From: a virus
DNA: 64,000 bases
Virus record (IMG/VR): IMGVR_UViG_3300035670_000172
Span: 4,403 to 68,402 of that record
Reading direction: 5' to 3' (one strand)
Below are positions 9,776 through 20,535 of the stretch, piece by piece. Each line of letters starts with the position of its first letter. Within the stretch, counting starts at the first letter, position 1. A program made the position numbers and the translations under genes. The notes below the pieces were generated by a model. The model made no database searches and had not been told where the DNA came from. It saw nothing but the letters and a program-made list of their open reading frames with translations.

Positions 9776-10139
9776 AACTTATTAAAATAAGTCATACCCA
9801 GTAAAAATATATACTCAATTTCATAGAAAAAAGCAAAATAAAGCGGGTGGTTCATATGTTGAAGCTTTTAATATATGACGAGAGTGTGAGACAAACATAT
9901 ACTCAACTTTTTGCTATATTCACTTCATACCCGTTCCCGCAATAAAGTTTTTTTTATAACTTTTAATATAGGCTTCGTGCTGTCCTTAAACATACGCTAA
10001 GATAAAGCCTTTATCTTATGCCGATCAATCGCACCACTAATCGGACCATTAATGCCCCGATCAAAAAATGTGCCTTATCTCCGCAATAAAATCCATCAAA
10101 TAAACTTTTAAATAATGTACTGGACTTACTAATTGCGCT

Positions 10140-10604
10140 ATGATAGGATATGTCAATGCTTATATCAGAGATTGTACAGGAAATAACAAAAAATATATTA
10201 AAAAATATAAGAAAGGGATTAGTGTGACTAAAGTATATTCTATGACGCATGATATGATACAACATAACGCACAAGATATTGTGGAGTATAGCGATAAAGA
10301 AAAGCAATTGTTGGGCTCAGAAATAGTTGCTGGTAAAGTAAATTACGGCTTTATTGTTAGTTTCAAATATACTTATACTGGTTATGAAACAATTACAAGT
10401 GCTCTTACTGATAAAGATTACGAGTTTGATATGGAACAATTATTGTCATTTATTAGACAAATAGAATTGCGTAATGCAAACATTGCTATTGTTTATCCTG
10501 ATGGTTCTGATTATTCCAAACGCAAATTTGGTTCGCAAAGAAAAGCAAGAACTTCTGCTATTACTGGTAATTCACAAATACATCCATCTCATTATCTAAA
10601 ATAA
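10140..10604 (+). CDS. hypothetical protein
   Basis: first ORF of the + strand block; true start may be GTG near 10224. Confidence 0.55.
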   Translation: MIGYVNAYIRDCTGNNKKYIKKYKKGISVTKVYSMTHDMIQHNAQDIVEYSDKEKQLLGSEIVAGKVNYGFIVSFKYTYTGYETITSALTDKDYEFDMEQLLSFIRQIELRNANIAIVYPDGSDYSKRKFGSQRKARTSAITGNSQIHPSHYLK

Positions 10605-10618
10605 GAAAGGCAAATAAA

Positions 10619-11125
10619 GTGACAAAAGTAAACCTTAAAAATATTCAATCAAAAATTATTTCATCTGTTGATATAGATGTTGCTGTTTATACACCTATTG
10701 CTCCACGCAAAGATTGTGTAAAAGTAAATCTTAACAACATAAATAATCTTAGTCGTGCTTGGAAAAAACAAGATATTGTTCCAGCATCATTTGATATTAT
10801 TCTTGATACATATGATTCAATTGAAGAAATTGAACATATGAAGTCATTGCTAAAGATAAAAGCAATTCGCAATAATCGTACTGGTAAAGTATTTGATTTA
10901 GCAGAAGAGCGTTTATTTATGCGTCTAAAAAAGATAGAACAAATAAAAGTAGTTGTTCATATTCTTGAATCAGATATTGATGTTGTTATTGCTGGCTACG
11001 AAGAAAAAGCAATTGACACCAATATTGCCCAGCTTAAAAAACTAATTGCTAAATTAGAAATTGAACATAAGAAAAAGCAAGTACTGATAAACGATAATGT
11101 ACGCCGTATGGCACGAAGTATCTAA
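10619..11125 (+). CDS. hypothetical protein
   Basis: GAAAGG RBS, 168-aa ORF. Confidence 0.7.
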   Translation: MTKVNLKNIQSKIISSVDIDVAVYTPIAPRKDCVKVNLNNINNLSRAWKKQDIVPASFDIILDTYDSIEEIEHMKSLLKIKAIRNNRTGKVFDLAEERLFMRLKKIEQIKVVVHILESDIDVVIAGYEEKAIDTNIAQLKKLIAKLEIEHKKKQVLINDNVRRMARSI

Positions 11126-11145
11126 TAGAGAAAGGAATTATAATA

Positions 11146-11328
11146 ATGGAACATAAAGACCAATTATTAAATGAATTAGAAAATCTAACTACTGTTATGA
11201 ATATTCCAGTAGGTAGAAGAAAAGATTATTATTGGATAATGCGTAATGGTTCAATTCTAAATGAAAATAATCGCAATTTAGATAAAGTAATCAAAATTTG
11301 TAAAATATTAGCAAAAGGTGATCAATAA
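11146..11328 (+). CDS. hypothetical protein
   Basis: AAAGGA RBS. Confidence 0.65.
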   Translation: MEHKDQLLNELENLTTVMNIPVGRRKDYYWIMRNGSILNENNRNLDKVIKICKILAKGDQ

Positions 11329-11546
11329 TGACAAAATGGAATATGATTGATACAAAAGAAAATGGCAAAGTTGCTATTGAAAGTCTTAATAATATTGAGT
11401 TAGCAAAAGAGTTTGATCAAAGAACAAGTGTTCTTATGGACATTGTTGAATCAAATACCAAAACTATTAATAATCTTCAATCTCAAATTTTTGAATTGAA
11501 AGATCAAGTAGAAAGAATGATAAATGGCTCAATGCATATATTGTGA
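11328..11546 (+). CDS. hypothetical protein
   Basis: coupled ORF. Confidence 0.6.
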   Translation: MTKWNMIDTKENGKVAIESLNNIELAKEFDQRTSVLMDIVESNTKTINNLQSQIFELKDQVERMINGSMHIL

Positions 11547-11754
11547 ATCTGAATTTATTAACGAAAGATTTGAAGCGGGATATGAATATTGTTTGACTGA
11601 TAGTTGTCAAAAAATTGGATTGGATGTTTCAGAGAGAGCATTTCGTAAAGAATATACCCCAGCTTTATTACACAAAAGTAATTATTTCTGGGTAAAGAAA
11701 ACAGAGTTAAAATCTTTAAATGTACGATCAGACCTATTGCAACAAATTGATTGA
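11524..11754 (+). CDS. DksA/TraR-like Cys-finger protein
   Basis: CIYC...ERFEAGYEYC...C. Confidence 0.55.
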   Translation: MAQCIYCESEFINERFEAGYEYCLTDSCQKIGLDVSERAFRKEYTPALLHKSNYFWVKKTELKSLNVRSDLLQQID

Positions 11755-11878
11755 AAGGAATAACTATGGAAAATTACAAAGACAATACCAATTATGAGCG
11801 TGAAGCAATTTATGATTGGGAATTAGATATTGATGAAAATCCAAGCTGGAAAATATGGGAAATGGAGTTGAAATTCAA

Positions 11879-12250
11879 ATGAGTATTTTAAAAGAATTTA
11901 AAAATTCAGAAGAGGGTCAAATTTTTATTCACCTTGAGCGTCTTTGGCTTATTGAGAATGATAAAGCAAATAATGGGTTTACTCCTCGCCCAGTTCCTAA
12001 TAAATTTTTCAAATATGTCTTTATTGGCAAAGTTAAAGAATATCTTGAAACAGATTACAACATTACAAGGTATGTTGATAAAAACCAAGCAACTTTAAAT
12101 TTCGCATCTAAGTATGAATATGCAGTTCAATTGACATATCCATACATGGGTAGTGATGATAGTAAACTTGGAAAAGAAGTTATTTCTTTGTGGTTAGTAA
12201 AAAATGATCAAGAAATAATGCACTATCAAAGAATTTGGCAAGAGATTTAG
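11879..12250 (+). CDS. hypothetical protein
   Basis: GGAG RBS before ATG 11879. Confidence 0.65.
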   Translation: MSILKEFKNSEEGQIFIHLERLWLIENDKANNGFTPRPVPNKFFKYVFIGKVKEYLETDYNITRYVDKNQATLNFASKYEYAVQLTYPYMGSDDSKLGKEVISLWLVKNDQEIMHYQRIWQEI

Positions 12251-12396
12251 TATGGATGAAGAATGGTTTACTTCATTAGATGAAGATTCAAAGAATGTTA
12301 TAAGAAACACTCTTTCCAGTCTAAGAGACAATGTTGTTGAAGCAGAAGTTAACTTATTAAAATTAGACATAATGATCTACGAAATGGGGCAAAAAA

Positions 12397-12888
12397 ATGG
12401 GAAATAAAGTTATTTTGAGTAAAAAAGATTGGCGTGAATGTGATGGTTGCGGTGAAAAAATAAAGCCAGTCTATTGGAATAGAGTTTGGGATGATGAATC
12501 AAATGATATGATTGATGCTGAAGAAACTGAAGTAGATACTGATTTTATGTTTCCCAATACTCTAATTAATCAATTAGATGGCGGTTTAAGTTTTGAATTA
12601 GTAGGCGGTTATGATGAATTCTTTGATTGTATGTCAGAGAAAGATATTATTAAAGTAAATGCTTGTCATGATTGCACAGTTAAATTGTTTGCTTTATTTC
12701 CAAACAAAACAAAAAACTTAAATGGTTTACATCCTTCAAGATGTGAAGATGATTTATGTTGTGATTTTGCATGGAGTTATGATTTTGGCAAAGAACAAAT
12801 AAAATATATGTCAGCTGGAAAAATTATTTTAGAAGAACGAGAATTAACTACTTATCATAAAAACGAGGAGGGGAAATGGGAAAAGTAA
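12397..12888 (+). CDS. Cys-containing hypothetical protein
   Basis: CDGC...CHDC. Confidence 0.65.
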   Translation: MGNKVILSKKDWRECDGCGEKIKPVYWNRVWDDESNDMIDAEETEVDTDFMFPNTLINQLDGGLSFELVGGYDEFFDCMSEKDIIKVNACHDCTVKLFALFPNKTKNLNGLHPSRCEDDLCCDFAWSYDFGKEQIKYMSAGKIILEERELTTYHKNEEGKWEK

Positions 12889-13014
12889 AAGTATTGAAAT
12901 GGGTTAAGCATATTGCTGAACCTCAGTATTACTGGACTGCAAAAACAGGCTGGACTAAAAAAGATATGCCTGAAGAATATTGGAAAATAGAAGAAATCGG
13001 AGAGGTAGAAGAAA

Positions 13015-13350
13015 ATGATTGACTATCTATATTTAGGACCAACTCCTGGTGATGAAGATTGTGCTCAAGTTGGAAGTGATAATTTTCGTGAACAATGTGA
13101 TAAAGAAATGGATACTTACATTGATCAGCTTAAAAGAATGTATCCAGAAGTAGCAAATTATAAAGGTATGAGTTTTAAGAAGCATTGGCAACAACATGAC
13201 TTTGGTTCTTATGGAGAAGTTATTATTACTTATAATGATGAAGATGAAGAAGAAGAAACTTTAGCATTAAAAGTAGAATGGAATCTTCCAAGAAATTGGG
13301 ATGAAATAGCAAAAGAAAAAATATCCGAAAAAGTGAGCAAAGGAAACTAA
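13015..13350 (+). CDS. hypothetical protein
   Basis: GAGG RBS; LGPTP-x2-EDCAQVG, HDFGSY motifs. Confidence 0.75.
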   Translation: MIDYLYLGPTPGDEDCAQVGSDNFREQCDKEMDTYIDQLKRMYPEVANYKGMSFKKHWQQHDFGSYGEVIITYNDEDEEEETLALKVEWNLPRNWDEIAKEKISEKVSKGN

Positions 13351-13351
13351 A

Positions 13352-13822
13352 ATGAAAACATTAACGCAAGAGCAATTTAAGAGCGCAGTAGAAGTAATTT
13401 CAAAACAAGTACCAGTTGATTACAATTCAAGCAAAGCTTTAATGTATGGTGTTGTCTTTGATGAAAATGATCAAATCACATTTAATAAGATTTCTGAGCA
13501 TGGAGATGTTTATGAAATGCTTAATCCATTTAATGTTGTTTGGAAAATGAAAGGTTATGATTTTTTTACAATTGTAACTTGTGGTTGGGCTGCACCAATT
13601 AAAGATGATATTAGTGAAGATGAACAAGTAGCACCTTCTCAACATCCAGAAAAAAGAAGAGTTATGTTAACAGTAAACGCAACTACTGATAGCAAAATTG
13701 GAAGCATTATTACATTTCAAGACGATCCAGATAATCAAGTTTTTGATTATGGTGATGCTAGAGGTTCACTTGCAGAAGCAGTTTTAGAATTAATTAGCTG
13801 CTATAACGAAGATCAAAAATAA
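13352..13822 (+). CDS. hypothetical protein
   Basis: TCGWAAP...PSQHPEKRRV motif. Confidence 0.75.
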   Translation: MKTLTQEQFKSAVEVISKQVPVDYNSSKALMYGVVFDENDQITFNKISEHGDVYEMLNPFNVVWKMKGYDFFTIVTCGWAAPIKDDISEDEQVAPSQHPEKRRVMLTVNATTDSKIGSIITFQDDPDNQVFDYGDARGSLAEAVLELISCYNEDQK

Positions 13823-13836
13823 TAAAAAATAAATGC

Positions 13837-13868
13837 GGGGCTACTGAGAAATCAGTAGCCCCATTTTT
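13837..13868 (+). terminator. intrinsic terminator
   Basis: GGGGCTACTGA-GAAA-TCAGTAGCCCC plus T-tract. Confidence 0.85.
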
Positions 13869-13890
13869 ATATATCCGAATAGGAGATAAT

Positions 13891-14574
13891 ATGTCATATG
13901 TTGAAAACATAGAAAAATACGCTAAACAAGCTACAACTAAACCTGAGGACTTTGGTTATTGGGGAAGTGAAGATATGTTTGTTACTTGGGGTTTTACTAA
14001 TATTGATCAGAATAGAGATTCCGATATATTAGAAAAAGCAAATTTCAAATATATTACGGAAGAGTTAATGGCTATTTTCCCTGATGATTATAGAATTGAA
14101 AACTATGCTCATTGGGCTGTTGGTAGTGTTGATAGATTAGTTTGTCGTGTTTATGAAGATGATACAGATAAAAAAGTTATTGCATCTTCATTCTATTTGG
14201 CAATGGAATGGTTAGATAAGCTAGATGATTATCCAGTTGCTGATGAAGAAACATACGACAAAATGATTGATGATGACAACATTGATAGTATTGAATTTTG
14301 GAATACTATTAGTCCTGGCTATGTAGACATTGTTAATAACCCAGATTGGGCTTCTGAAGTTTATCATGAACTAGAATTCAACATGGATATTGATGTTAGA
14401 TCAGGCTTTAAAGACAATGATATCATTATGGCAATCTATAATCTTCAGTATTGGAGTGCAGAAGGTTATCAAAAATGGTTTGACTTCTGCGATGAAATTA
14501 ATTTAGAAAGACCACCGTTTTCAGTAAATGAAATATCAAAATATAATCCCAATCAATTAGAAATGGAGTTTTAA
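13891..14574 (+). CDS. hypothetical protein
   Basis: AGGAG RBS; RDSDILEKANF, HWAVG, LDDYPVADEE. Confidence 0.75.
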   Translation: MSYVENIEKYAKQATTKPEDFGYWGSEDMFVTWGFTNIDQNRDSDILEKANFKYITEELMAIFPDDYRIENYAHWAVGSVDRLVCRVYEDDTDKKVIASSFYLAMEWLDKLDDYPVADEETYDKMIDDDNIDSIEFWNTISPGYVDIVNNPDWASEVYHELEFNMDIDVRSGFKDNDIIMAIYNLQYWSAEGYQKWFDFCDEINLERPPFSVNEISKYNPNQLEMEF

Positions 14575-14575
14575 A

Positions 14576-15181
14576 ATGCCAAATCATTGCAATAACAGGT
14601 TAGGAATAACTGGTCCAACTGATGATTTAGAAAAATTTATTGCCTTTGTAAAAAATGATGGTGATGATAAAGAAGAAAATGAATACAATCTATTTGAATC
14701 ATTAATTCCAATGCCAAAAGAATTAGAAGGCACGACATCACCCTCAAAAGAAAGTAATGTAGATTTGATTGATAAATATGGTCATGATAATTGGTACGAT
14801 TGGTGCAACCATAACTGGGGAACTAAGTGGGGCGATTATAATATGGATGCTGAAAGCATTGTTTATGAGACAAAAGTTAATTATCCATACTTAGAAGATG
14901 GTGATGTTGATTTTGACAATGGTGTTACTGTATTAACAGGTAATGCAAGTATTCATTTTCAATATGATACAGCATGGGCTCCTGGTTGTGATGAATTAGC
15001 AGAAGCTATTGTTAAACAATTTCCTACATTGAATGGTTTTATTCATTATGAAGAACCAGGAATGGCTTTTGCTGGACAATTGATATTTGCCAATGGTGAA
15101 ATTAAACAACATAATCAATGGGAACATCATTATGTTCCAGATGAAGTAACAGATATTGATTTTGACCTATACGCAAACTAA
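14576..15181 (+). CDS. DUF1281/YubB-like ferredoxin-fold protein
   Basis: MPNHCNN, NWYDW-x4-WGTKW, DTAWAP, YEEPG signature. Confidence 0.75.
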   Translation: MPNHCNNRLGITGPTDDLEKFIAFVKNDGDDKEENEYNLFESLIPMPKELEGTTSPSKESNVDLIDKYGHDNWYDWCNHNWGTKWGDYNMDAESIVYETKVNYPYLEDGDVDFDNGVTVLTGNASIHFQYDTAWAPGCDELAEAIVKQFPTLNGFIHYEEPGMAFAGQLIFANGEIKQHNQWEHHYVPDEVTDIDFDLYAN

Positions 15182-15189
15182 GGAGACAG

Positions 15190-15567
15190 ATGTTTAATTT
15201 TGATGATATTAACAACCCAAGAGATTTGGGAAACAAGATTCCAGAAGGTATGACAGATGAGACTGAATTCGCAATAATAATGCAATCAATTTTAAACATA
15301 CTTAAAAGTGCAGAATATGAAGAAAGTGTTGGTAGAGAACGATTGTCAATGCAAATATTAAATATTGCTTGTGATCAAGATGGTGAGTTAAATGACGACA
15401 GAGTTGTAAGTGTTATATTGTCATTGCTTCAACATGTTGTTTATCTTCTTAACTCATTTAAGCAATTTGAAGATATTGAAATTGACAGATACTTTCAATA
15501 TTTTCAAGAATCAGTGATAACGCCTTTATTTGAAAACCCAAACATACCATACTACAAGGAGGATTAA
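15190..15567 (+). CDS. hypothetical protein
   Basis: AAGGAG RBS. Confidence 0.7.
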   Translation: MFNFDDINNPRDLGNKIPEGMTDETEFAIIMQSILNILKSAEYEESVGRERLSMQILNIACDQDGELNDDRVVSVILSLLQHVVYLLNSFKQFEDIEIDRYFQYFQESVITPLFENPNIPYYKED

Positions 15568-15885
15568 TTGGGATTGAATAATGAATTTTGGAGAGAAAAC
15601 GCTAAATGTAGAAAGATCGGACCAAGCCTTTTCTTTTCTGAAGATGAAGATGGCAATCTTTCTAGAAAAAACGATCTAGACGCAAAAAAAATGTGTAAAG
15701 ATTGCCCAGTTAAAACTGAGTGTCTTGCTTATGCATTAAATCAGCAAATTAGATTCGGTATATGGGGAGGCTTTACTTCTCGTGAAAGATCATCAATAGC
15801 TAAAAAATTCGGACTTGATGATTACACAGCGATAACCAGTGAGTTAGTAAATAAATCATTACACATGATCAAATATAAAAATTAA
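15568..15885 (+). CDS. whiB: WhiB-family Fe-S transcription factor
   Basis: W-x3-AKC...FF...AKKMCKDCPVKTECL...GIWGGFTSRER. Confidence 0.92.
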   Translation: MGLNNEFWRENAKCRKIGPSLFFSEDEDGNLSRKNDLDAKKMCKDCPVKTECLAYALNQQIRFGIWGGFTSRERSSIAKKFGLDDYTAITSELVNKSLHMIKYKN

Positions 15886-15950
15886 AAGATTTGGGGCTAG
15901 GTTAGGCTGATCACTAATCTAGCCCCATTAAGAAAAGATTGGAGAAATAT

Positions 15951-16322
15951 ATGAGTAATTATCCACCTGGAGTTACTGGCAATGAATATGAAATTGCTGG
16001 CGGTGATGAATTTGAAGAACATTTTGATTGTTCTGCAGAAATGGAATGTGTAGCGCTTACAAGAAAACAAATATACAATCTTTCTGATCACGCATTAACT
16101 CTATATAACGAATATAAGAAATATGGGGCTATTCATTCAATTAATGCTCATCTTAAACAATTAATGCATGAGCTGAATGATTACTATAATTCAGATGATC
16201 TGATTGTAAAGAATTGTGATTTTTCTGGAGTGGTATTGAAAGAAGAATATAGGGGGACAGTTTATTTTGAATGTCCTAAATGTGAAACAACATACGAAAA
16301 AGATAGATGGGATAGGTACTAA
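15951..16322 (+). CDS. hypothetical protein
   Basis: SNYPPGVTG start, CPKC near C-terminus. Confidence 0.65.
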   Translation: MSNYPPGVTGNEYEIAGGDEFEEHFDCSAEMECVALTRKQIYNLSDHALTLYNEYKKYGAIHSINAHLKQLMHELNDYYNSDDLIVKNCDFSGVVLKEEYRGTVYFECPKCETTYEKDRWDRY

Positions 16323-16324
16323 TT

Positions 16325-16813
16325 ATGTCTATGATTAAAAATATATACTCAGATAACAGAGATATTGAATTCTATAAGAAAGAAAGGGTTCAGTATAATT
16401 GGTCAAGTATTGATCCAAATAAAGATATTCATGATGGTCGCTTGGCTATTAATATTAAAATGCATCATCTGAATTTCAACCCTCTGAATTCAGATGAAAC
16501 AAATGAAACTATTTACGAAGCGGTGCAATATTATTTCTTTGATAAAGCAATGAATATTGCAGTTGCTTATGGTTATTCTGGGTTTTCTACTAGTGGTAGG
16601 AGTAATGGTTGGCTACAACCATTTACAAAGCATGATGCTGATAAATTTTTATATAAAACACATGCTGATACATTTGAAGAGTATCTTGAAATAGAAAAGT
16701 TTTTGTCTTTCAAAGACAAAATTAAATGTTTGCTTGAATTCATCAGGCTGACAATTCAATATCCAACAAAAGAAACATATCACGATTATATTCAATATAT
16801 AGAGGAGATGTAA
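16325..16813 (+). CDS. hypothetical protein
   Basis: GRSNGWL motif. Confidence 0.65.
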   Translation: MSMIKNIYSDNRDIEFYKKERVQYNWSSIDPNKDIHDGRLAINIKMHHLNFNPLNSDETNETIYEAVQYYFFDKAMNIAVAYGYSGFSTSGRSNGWLQPFTKHDADKFLYKTHADTFEEYLEIEKFLSFKDKIKCLLEFIRLTIQYPTKETYHDYIQYIEEM

Positions 16814-17208
16814 TGTCAAATACAAAACAAAAAACATGTCAAGAGCGTATTGAGGAAGAATATCGTAGAACTGATGATTATCTTGAACTTATGTTTAGGG
16901 TATTAGATGATGATCTTGATGAAGATAATGAGGATGATAAAGAAATCCTTAAACAAATTGAAGATGAAGAAATTGATGAACAATCTATTTATGAATATGC
17001 AGCTGGTTCAAATATGAAAAAGTTATTGACAATTGAATTAAGCGGTGGTGGTCCTTCTTCACATATTGAAGCAATTATTAATGAAGATAATGTTGTTGAA
17101 TCAGCACAATATGTTTTCTTAGATTGGTTTGATGGTGCAAGAAGGAAGATCAATGAAGATTCAGCAATGTTTAGATATGTTGAATGGGAAGCGGAAAGGT
17201 ATTTCTAA
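16813..17208 (+). CDS. hypothetical acidic protein
   Basis: LSGGGPS...FLDWFDGA. Confidence 0.7.
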   Translation: MSNTKQKTCQERIEEEYRRTDDYLELMFRVLDDDLDEDNEDDKEILKQIEDEEIDEQSIYEYAAGSNMKKLLTIELSGGGPSSHIEAIINEDNVVESAQYVFLDWFDGARRKINEDSAMFRYVEWEAERYF

Positions 17209-17858
17209 TGGAATATTTAGAGAGAACAGAAACAGCAGGAAATTATATAAATACACCGATTGGAGAAATTAAAATGGAAGCAGTAAAAGCAAAAGATGTC
17301 GTAGCAACAATGACATTTCCATCAGAACAGTTAATTGAAATGTTTAAAGACTATACAATGACTGGCGATCAAGTTGAGGAATTGATTGCAGGTTATGATT
17401 TTGACGATGTAATTTCATCATCAATTGATGATATTGACTGGAATGATAAGGTTACGGATGTCCTTAATGATATCAATGTTGAGGATTATTTGGATGAAGA
17501 TAGAATTGCAAATAATGTAGTAGAAAATCTTGACTATAGCGATATTGCTCGTGAAGTAAAAGATTATTTGGATCCACCTGATGCTTTAGCATTAGCTGAA
17601 GAATTGCTTACATCTTTTAATTATGATGGTCCTTGCCATACTGGTAGTCTATATATCAAATCAGTAGAAGCGATTATTGAAGGCTATATGAAAAAGCAAA
17701 CGGAAGGTATTGTTCAGCCAACTGTTATTGAAGAAAATAAAGAAGCCATTATTACATACACAGTTAAAGAAATTAATGAAGTTCTAGAATCGCTTCAGTA
17801 TACTGAGTATAATAAAAGCCGTATCCTTACAGCGCTATCATTAAAAGAAAGAGGTTAA
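17208..17858 (+). CDS. hypothetical acidic protein
   Basis: quasi-repeats such as IDDIDWND / VENLDYSDIA; alternative start 17274. Confidence 0.65.
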   Translation: MEYLERTETAGNYINTPIGEIKMEAVKAKDVVATMTFPSEQLIEMFKDYTMTGDQVEELIAGYDFDDVISSSIDDIDWNDKVTDVLNDINVEDYLDEDRIANNVVENLDYSDIAREVKDYLDPPDALALAEELLTSFNYDGPCHTGSLYIKSVEAIIEGYMKKQTEGIVQPTVIEENKEAIITYTVKEINEVLESLQYTEYNKSRILTALSLKERG

Positions 17859-17861
17859 TGA

Positions 17862-19511
17862 ATGTCCTATATTAAAATAACAAACTATGCTGATTCAGTT
17901 AACAGACTAAGCTTGGAAAAGCTTGGTTTGTCAACTAAAAGGGATAATCCAGAAACAATTGGTCAGTTTGGTTCAGGCATTAAGTATGCTCCAATTGCAG
18001 CCCTAAGAATGGGTTTGGAATGGATCTTTACTGGTAACGACAGTGAAGGTAATTACATTCTAAAGTACAAATCAATTGATGAGAATGGCATCAATTCAAT
18101 CTATTACGATTATTGCAATGGATTTGTAAAGCCATCTTCATTTACATTGGAAGCTGGAATTATGAGTTGGGAAGATGAATTCCAAATATATCGTGAGGCT
18201 GTTTCTAATGCTAAAGATAGTGGGGAATGGAAGCGAGAGATTGTTGAATCAATTGATAAAGCCGAACCTGGTGAATTCAGTGTTTATATTACTGCATCCC
18301 CAGGTATTATGGAAGTATATAATAACCATAATTTCTTCTTCTGTGATGATCACAAAGTAATTTCTGTTTATGGAAACAAGCCAAATCAAACCTCAATGCT
18401 TGAAGCAATAGAAGGACCATTGCGTATTTATTGTAAATCAGTAATGGTTCATGAAGGCGATGAACGAAACAATATGTATAACTATGAGATCAATAATGCG
18501 GTATTGAATGAGGATAGGCAGATCAAAAGCATATACAGCGCTTCATACGAAATTGCAAAAGTTATTGCAAGACTTGACGATGAAGATGAAATCAAGAAGA
18601 TTTTTAAACTTGTTATTGATAAACAAAAACAAGTTTGGGAGTTTGATACCATCTCGGAATCAACATATTCCTATGTTAGTCCTTCTCATCAATGGAAGTC
18701 TATGTTCAATAAAATCTATGGCGATAATGCAGTATTGCTTAGTCCGACTGAATCATTAATTCCAGGAATTGATTCCTTTATTAAGAACAAAGGCAAGAAC
18801 CCAGTTAAGTGTTTATCTGAAGGCTTTTATAATCTTCTAAAAGAAATAAAAGTTGATTTAGCTGGCGAGCTCATAAGTGAAGAATTTACTTATGAAATTG
18901 ATCTTGATATTGATAAGTTTCCTAAGCTTATTAAAGCTTTGAAAATTGCTGAAGCATATGAGCCAGGTCTTTTGAAAATGAATAAGCCAATCGGCGTGTT
19001 CAAATCAAAATCAAATGATGCGCTTGGTTATACTTTTAATGTTGGGAAAGATATCAGTGAGCGTCAAATTGTTATTGAACACAGTCATGCTAGCAATTCT
19101 AACATTTATGAAATTGTAGCTACAATTATTCATGAGTATGACCATTATTCAACTGGGATTACTGATATTATGTACCGAGAATTTAGAAATCTCGCAGATA
19201 ATCGGATCGGAAGATTGATTGTTGATGCATATGAAAACAATATCCTTAATGTAAACGAAGCTGGCTTCTGGGTTAATATTGAAGACCTTGGTGAATTTGG
19301 TGGTTTGAACTATCAGATTTACGAAACAGAAATTGGTGGACTAATCATGCAGATCGGCAAAAAGAAGTTCTTTGTTACAAACGAAGATGAAAATGTATCC
19401 GTAATAGCTGATAAAATGTCTGGTCAACTGATACCATCAAGTGACGGTAAATCAATGGGAATTAGCTTTTCTATTGATGATCCCGAGCTTCTAGTTATTA
19501 ACAAATTGTAG
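17862..19511 (+). CDS. GHKL-type ATPase domain plus C-terminal HEXXH zincin-like motif
   Basis: LGLSTKR...IGQFGSGIKYA, REAVSNAKD, IIHEYDH. Confidence 0.65.
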   Translation: MSYIKITNYADSVNRLSLEKLGLSTKRDNPETIGQFGSGIKYAPIAALRMGLEWIFTGNDSEGNYILKYKSIDENGINSIYYDYCNGFVKPSSFTLEAGIMSWEDEFQIYREAVSNAKDSGEWKREIVESIDKAEPGEFSVYITASPGIMEVYNNHNFFFCDDHKVISVYGNKPNQTSMLEAIEGPLRIYCKSVMVHEGDERNNMYNYEINNAVLNEDRQIKSIYSASYEIAKVIARLDDEDEIKKIFKLVIDKQKQVWEFDTISESTYSYVSPSHQWKSMFNKIYGDNAVLLSPTESLIPGIDSFIKNKGKNPVKCLSEGFYNLLKEIKVDLAGELISEEFTYEIDLDIDKFPKLIKALKIAEAYEPGLLKMNKPIGVFKSKSNDALGYTFNVGKDISERQIVIEHSHASNSNIYEIVATIIHEYDHYSTGITDIMYREFRNLADNRIGRLIVDAYENNILNVNEAGFWVNIEDLGEFGGLNYQIYETEIGGLIMQIGKKKFFVTNEDENVSVIADKMSGQLIPSSDGKSMGISFSIDDPELLVINKL

Positions 19512-19646
19512 GAGAAATATGTCAGAACACACAATGTGGATTATATTTTGGTCAATAATTGGGATTGGAACATTGCTAATGTTTTCTTCGTTGATATTGC
19601 TAATACCGTTGGCGATAACAATATTGGCTATTGGAAGTAAATTGTA

Positions 19647-19988
19647 ATGCCTAAGTTTGATAACTACTATATTGTTGAATTCAGAATACCTATTAGGGTG
19701 GATGATGTTGATAATGTTATGTCAGCTGTATCTATTGCAAATAGAATATGCGAAAGACAACATGGGTTTAAACCTGATAATTGGTATGCTAGAGTGTTTG
19801 AATATTCTGTTGGAGAAAAAGTTATTGGTCATGTAAAAGAATATTTTTACAATCCAAACTCTGCTTCCTCTAGAGAGATTACAAAAAACATTGGGCATCA
19901 TAATGATTTGGTTTCTCGTGGTGAAGTCCCTGCAGATATCATTGAGTTAAACAAGAAAATGATTGAGGAAGAACAAGGAATTGACTAA
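19647..19988 (+). CDS. hypothetical protein
   Basis: 113-aa ORF. Confidence 0.65.
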   Translation: MPKFDNYYIVEFRIPIRVDDVDNVMSAVSIANRICERQHGFKPDNWYARVFEYSVGEKVIGHVKEYFYNPNSASSREITKNIGHHNDLVSRGEVPADIIELNKKMIEEEQGID

Positions 19989-20036
19989 TTATCCAATTAA
20001 TGGTAAGATATATACTCAAATCCTGAAAGGAACAGT

Positions 20037-20378
20037 ATGAACGATAATCAAGAATACTTATATACAGATTACGCAGTACAAATAATTTCTGCGTTTCTAA
20101 ATAAAGAAAGATCCAGTGTAGCTAGTTTGTTAGAAACATTTGATGATGAACTAGAGGATCCAGCATTTATTCCTGGGATTTTGTTTGGTTTTTTAATTCA
20201 CATAGAGACACTTTTTAATACTGTTGCGGATGTAAGCAATACATCAGTTGCTGATGCATTTCAGAAATACGCATTGTATTACGATAGTATAAGAGAAGAG
20301 CTAAAAGAAATTGCTCCTCTTAGCCCAACATTTGCAAAGCAAGCGTTGAAGGAATTAAGGGAAGAATTGGGTTTTTAG
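20037..20378 (+). CDS. hypothetical protein
   Basis: AAAGGA RBS. Confidence 0.7.
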   Translation: MNDNQEYLYTDYAVQIISAFLNKERSSVASLLETFDDELEDPAFIPGILFGFLIHIETLFNTVADVSNTSVADAFQKYALYYDSIREELKEIAPLSPTFAKQALKELREELGF

Positions 20379-20535
20379 AAACCACCCTTATAATCATTAT
20401 TAACTATACATTTGGAGGTATTTTTATTATATAAAACCAAAGGAAGCGGAGGTAAAGTTGTATGATTTACTTGCGTCTTTCTTCTAAAGCTATGCTAATG
20501 CGAACTAATCGCAAAACCTAAACTCTGGAGGAAAC

